Positions 33,571-37,678 of a stretch of 37,678 nt of DNA are shown one piece after another. The DNA is from Octopus bimaculoides (Eukaryota), in assembly GCF_001194135.2 (NCBI RefSeq), contig NC_068999.1, forward strand, positions 35,460,896 through 35,498,573, given 5' to 3'. Position 1 is the first letter of the stretch; each line of letters begins with the position of its first letter. The notes under the pieces were generated by a model that did no database searches, had not been told where the DNA came from, and was given only the letters and a program-made list of their open reading frames with translations. The position numbers and the translations under genes are program-made.

Positions 33571-33744
33571 ATACAGCCATACTTGCTCCTAGATACAAGT
33601 TTGAGCCTAAAGTTTTTTGCGTTGCAAGCTTTAATTAATAGCTCAAACAAATTACATGTAAAAAGCCATTATTCATCAAAATATTTCCCATCATATTCTA
33701 TTATCTGCTTCGATCGTTGCGCCAGAAGCGCTCAGTCCTGCATT

Positions 33745-34037
33745 AATATATGGCACGATGGTTCCAGTTGATCCGATCAACGGAAAAGCCTGATCGTGAA
33801 ATTAACGTGCATGTGGTTGAGCACTCTACAGACATGCATACCCTTATTGTAGTGCTCAGGGAGATTCAGCATGACACAGATTATGACAAGTCTTGCTCTC
33901 TGAAATACAAGTACTACTCATTTTTGCCAGCTGAGTGGACTAGAATAACATCAAATAAAATGTCTTGTTCAAGGACACAACGTGTCGCCGGGAACTGAAC
34001 TCACGACCTTACGACCGAGAGCCGAATACCCTAACTA
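33745..34037 (-). mobile_element. tRNA-derived SINE, family B variant, near full length
   Basis: Minus head GGCGCGTGGCTTACTAGTTAGGG..GAGTTCAGTTCC, core GTGTCCTTGAACAAGACA..CCACTCAGCTGGCAAAAATGAGTA. Confidence 0.88.
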
Positions 34038-34397
34038 GTAAGCCACGCGCCGTCACACATAAATATATATTTGTGTGGTGATGGAGAGGGGACACTACTT
34101 AAACTATACATTATACACTATGACAAGGTCTACATAGTGTGTACTATATTGTAAGATCCAAAGAGAGTATAGTATCTTGGTCGCTGCCTGATTTGCTAAA
34201 AACAATAAGCAAAACTTCTCTCAAATTCACACACCTTATGGCTTTTATATAATGTTCTATAAGCTACACTAAATTTTGATTAAAGGACTGAATTGTCACG
34301 GTTGGAGCGACTTTGATCCTCTTCTTTTAGATCTATTCAATAAGGGCTGATCTATTCGAAACCTTAGCAGTAATAGCATATACTGTTTGAATGACGT

Positions 34398-34590
34398 AGG
34401 CATGGCAGTGTAGTTATGAAACCACGTAGTTTCAAGTTCAATTCTAATGCACGGAATCTCGAACAAGTGTCGACTATTATTATAGTCTGGTAAGCCAATG
34501 GTCCCGGGGGACAACTCATTTGACGAAAACTATGTTGAAGCTCGTCGAATGTATACACACATACATACATACATACATACATACATACAT
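34398..34590 (+). mobile_element. SINE family C, decayed head running into (CATA)n
   Basis: GTAGGCATGGCAGTGTAGTT..AGTTCAATTC..ACAAGTGTC..GAAGCTCGTCG followed by a microsatellite. Confidence 0.55.
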
Positions 34591-35084
34591 TCTGTAAGTG
34601 TCTTGTTTATACACCAAATCTGTTGCGGTATAAGTGTCCAGGGAATGCTCTCTACACGATGCCAAATGTTAAAGAACACCAAATGTCACAGACTAGGCGC
34701 AACAACTCGCCTCGAAGTGATCGAGAATGGTAGATAGCGATATTTCACCATTATTATGGTTTATCAATTCCATGTACTTGAATCATGATGAAACGAAATG
34801 AATCGCTAGTCTGTGACTTATATGGAAATAGAGTGAAGTCTATGTGCTGGTGCTATGTACTGGAAAAGAAATTACTAATCAAAAGAGCTCAAGTTATGAG
34901 CCTCGCCATCCCAGACGAGTTCTCTCGCCTGATTTATGACAGTCGGTGTTCATTAACACACGACGTCGTGTAAAGGGCTTTCACTGTACGCTATACAGCA
35001 GCAACTTTTGTGTATAAACAAAATACAAACAATGTGTATGTACGAGCGATATGTTTGCACGTATAAACGTCTGACCAATTTTTT

Positions 35085-35145
35085 AGACTAAACATTTCAA
35101 TGCGATGCCCCAGCATAGCCGCAGTCCAGAGATTGAAACGAGTAG

Positions 35146-35211
<66 letters not shown>
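35085..35211 (+). mobile_element. SINE family C 3' tail followed by (TA)n
   Basis: GCCCCAGCATAGCCGCAGTC..TGAAACGAGTA is the reverse complement of the tail at 32852-32900. Confidence 0.65.
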
Positions 35212-35213
<2 letters not shown>

Positions 35214-36551
35214 TGAGAAAGTTGGTATGTGAAAGTACGTGGTTGGATGTATAGAAGATAAACAAGAGTGAAAAAGCTACAGAAGGCTTGTGTTATATGG
35301 TTAAAGTATATATTGAAATCGTTATGTTAGAAAAATTTTATAAAATTTTGAGTATAGAAACATTGTTTTGGGAGAAATAACCGGTTTCGTATTTACTTTT
35401 CAAATTTCTCCACCTGTATCGTAACATGTCTTTCCTTGTCTTCTTATTAGGATTATATTTTACTCTTTACTGATACACACAGATATGATTATTTAAGAGG
35501 AGTGCTTGTGTATGTGCCTAGATAAGCTATCACACACATACTTATATATATATTCATAAGGAACACACATGCACTGTGCGTTATTCCGCTGCCTAAAAAT
35601 ACCGAACATTTTGATCTAACTAATGTGTAATTTAGATGTTAAGAGACCAATCTTGGAAGGTGTTGTGTTCTAATTGGTTAGATAATGTCAGTTGATGGAG
35701 GTTTTTCAATGCATCTTATAACATGTATAAGAGACCTCAGGGTATTTGAAATTAATATGCAGAAGTCACTCCTAAGGGCGCTTCCGTGTGTGTGTATGTA
35801 TGTATATATATATATATATATATATATNNNNNNNNNNNNNNNNNNNNNNNNNNNNNNNNNNNNNNNNNNNNNNNNNNNNNNNNNNNNNNNNNNNNNNNNN
35901 NNNNNNNNNNNNNNNNNNNNNNNNNNNNNNNNNNNNNNNNNNNNNNNNNNNNNNNNNNNNNNNNNNNNNNNNNNNNNNNNNNNNNNNNNNNNNNNNNNNN
36001 NNNNNNNNNNNNNNNNNNNNNNNNNNNNNNNNNNNNNNNNNNNNNNNNNNNNNNNNNNNNNNNNNNNNNNNNNNNNNNNNNNNNNNNNNNNNNNNNNNNN
36101 NNNNNNNNNNNNNNNNNNNNNNNNNNNNNNNNNNNNNNNNNNNNNNNNNNNNNNNNNNNNNNNNNNNNNNNNNNNNNNNNNNNNNNNNNNNNNNNNNNNN
36201 NNNNNNNNNNNNNNNNNNNNNNNNNNNNNNNNNNNNNNNNNNNNNNNNNNNNNNNNNNNNNNNNNNNNNNNNNNNNNNNNNNNNNNNNNNNNNNNNNNNN
36301 NNNNNNNNNNNNNNNNNNNNNNNNNNNNNNNNNNNNNNNNNNNNNNNNNNNNNNNNNNNNNNNNNNNNNNNNNNNNNNNNNNNNNNNNNNNNNNNNNNNN
36401 NNNNNNNNNNNNNNNNNNNNNNNNNNNNNNNNNNNNNNNNNNNNNNNNNNNNNNNNNNNNNNNNNNNNNNNNNNNNNNNNNNNNNNNNNNNNNNNNNNNN
36501 NNNNNNNNNNNNNNNNNNNNNNNNNNNNNNNNNNNNNNNNNNNNNNNNNNN

Positions 36552-36552
36552 N

Positions 36553-36594
<42 letters not shown>

Positions 36595-36600
36595 GAGAGA
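36552..36600. repeat. (GA)n microsatellite after a gap
   Basis: Direct reading; gap at 35828-36551. Confidence 0.95.
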
Positions 36601-37678
36601 TAGCAATAGATTGTTTTAATATTTATATATATACGCATGTGAGAACGTGTGTGTATATGCATATATGAAGAAAACAGAAAAGAGGGGGAGAAATGGGGAA
36701 AATACATTCTTTTCATCTTTTCACTTAAAATCTACTTGAAAAAAGCGATAATAATAATAATAATGATGAAGATGATTATTTTGGGGATTAATGGTAATAT
36801 TAATAACAATATGGAGAGAAAGATTCCACAACAGTTTTGTTACATTCGTAACATCCCCAGAGGCATTTCGCATATAGTAAAAAGAAAGTGATAATGGCAT
36901 ACATTGCTAGCGGTCAAAGAAATGCATTCATTTCAGAGCTTCCGGCCGATGGTCAACACAGCGCATGTCTATGCCACAAAATATTAAAACCGGATCCGGG
37001 TGTTCACATGTACTGTTGTGAGTGTTTGAAGAAATGTTCGTTACTTGTCGTCTGCTGTGATGGCATATATAGCACAGCATGGATGGATTTTTCGGGAAAT
37101 ATATTTTTTTGTTTCTTCTTCTCTTGACCATTGAAGTTATTTTATTTATCTACTTAATGTCCATCGCTATACAGCCAGCCATCTTTGGAACGAGGCAATA
37201 GCTAAATCATAGCATAATAGATCCCATTGGGGGCTTTGAAAAGAATGGGAGATGTGTATATTTGTGCAGGCATCCAGCTGAGAAATTCTGAATTTGAAAT
37301 GCACAAAACCCCATTAACTGAACAGAATTCTCAGTATTCACTCATGTCCTCTGGCTATATAACCAACATCAATAGATTTAGTCTAATTAATTTGTTGCTG
37401 TAACAAAATTGATTGAAAGAGAAAAACTATTGAAATTGGTTCAACAATAACGAACCGTCACATGAAACCTATTTAGAAACCGGATATGTATATTNNNNNN
37501 NNNNATGTATGTATGTATGTATGTATGTATGAGTTTGCTTCTGCAAGCAATTATACGCACCTAACAACCAACCTCACTGGATGTGCGCATGCATATGAGT
37601 GTGGGTTTATCTGTTTTAAAATTGGTGCCTGCAGATAGAGAATGAAGAGTATTGAAGAATATACATAAATATACATAT

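Noticed and set aside
10431-34037. tRNA-like A/B boxes as real tRNA genes; apparent minus-strand bias of SINEs
   Set aside because: No copy folds into a full cloverleaf and all continue into SINE bodies. There are too few copies to call a strand bias.
56-36716. Long ORFs in the supplied track (poly-Y/I/N/K, YI, HT, CV, LS, ER repeats and X runs)
   Set aside because: They are translations of microsatellites or read-through of N gaps, not coding sequence.

Overview
Eukaryotic, AT-rich, repeat-saturated draft-assembly sequence with 17 N-gaps, nearly all bordered by microsatellites. The microsatellite density and the SINE/LINE families look like an octopus (coleoid cephalopod) genome; this is inference from recognition, not a database result. 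There is no intact gene, and most ORFs in the supplied track are microsatellite or N read-throughs. Contents: (i) in the first 7.3 kb, a cluster of decayed R4/Dong-clade non-LTR retrotransposon pieces (RLE endonuclease, RT, post-RT region, three copies of a shared 3' end), most abutting (TAA)n arrays, interrupted by an L1/Tx1-like ORF1 remnant; (ii) two old RTE-clade LINE copies and one CR1/L2-group LINE 3' end; (iii) Penelope-like remnants, namely a GIY-YIG fragment and three minimal type-I hammerhead ribozyme motifs, one nearly intact on the minus strand; (iv) about a dozen tRNA-derived SINE copies of three families; (v) a 452-bp MITE-like foldback with ~145-bp TIRs; (vi) one well-signalled minus-strand exon (9808-9923) that probably carries a start codon, suggesting much of the window is intronic to a large minus-strand gene. 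Smaller oddities: a 56-bp insertion with a 13-bp target duplication beside that exon's acceptor, an exact 31-bp duplicate 3.6 kb apart, and a perfect 48-bp palindrome next to a gap. TE boundaries are by-eye estimates.
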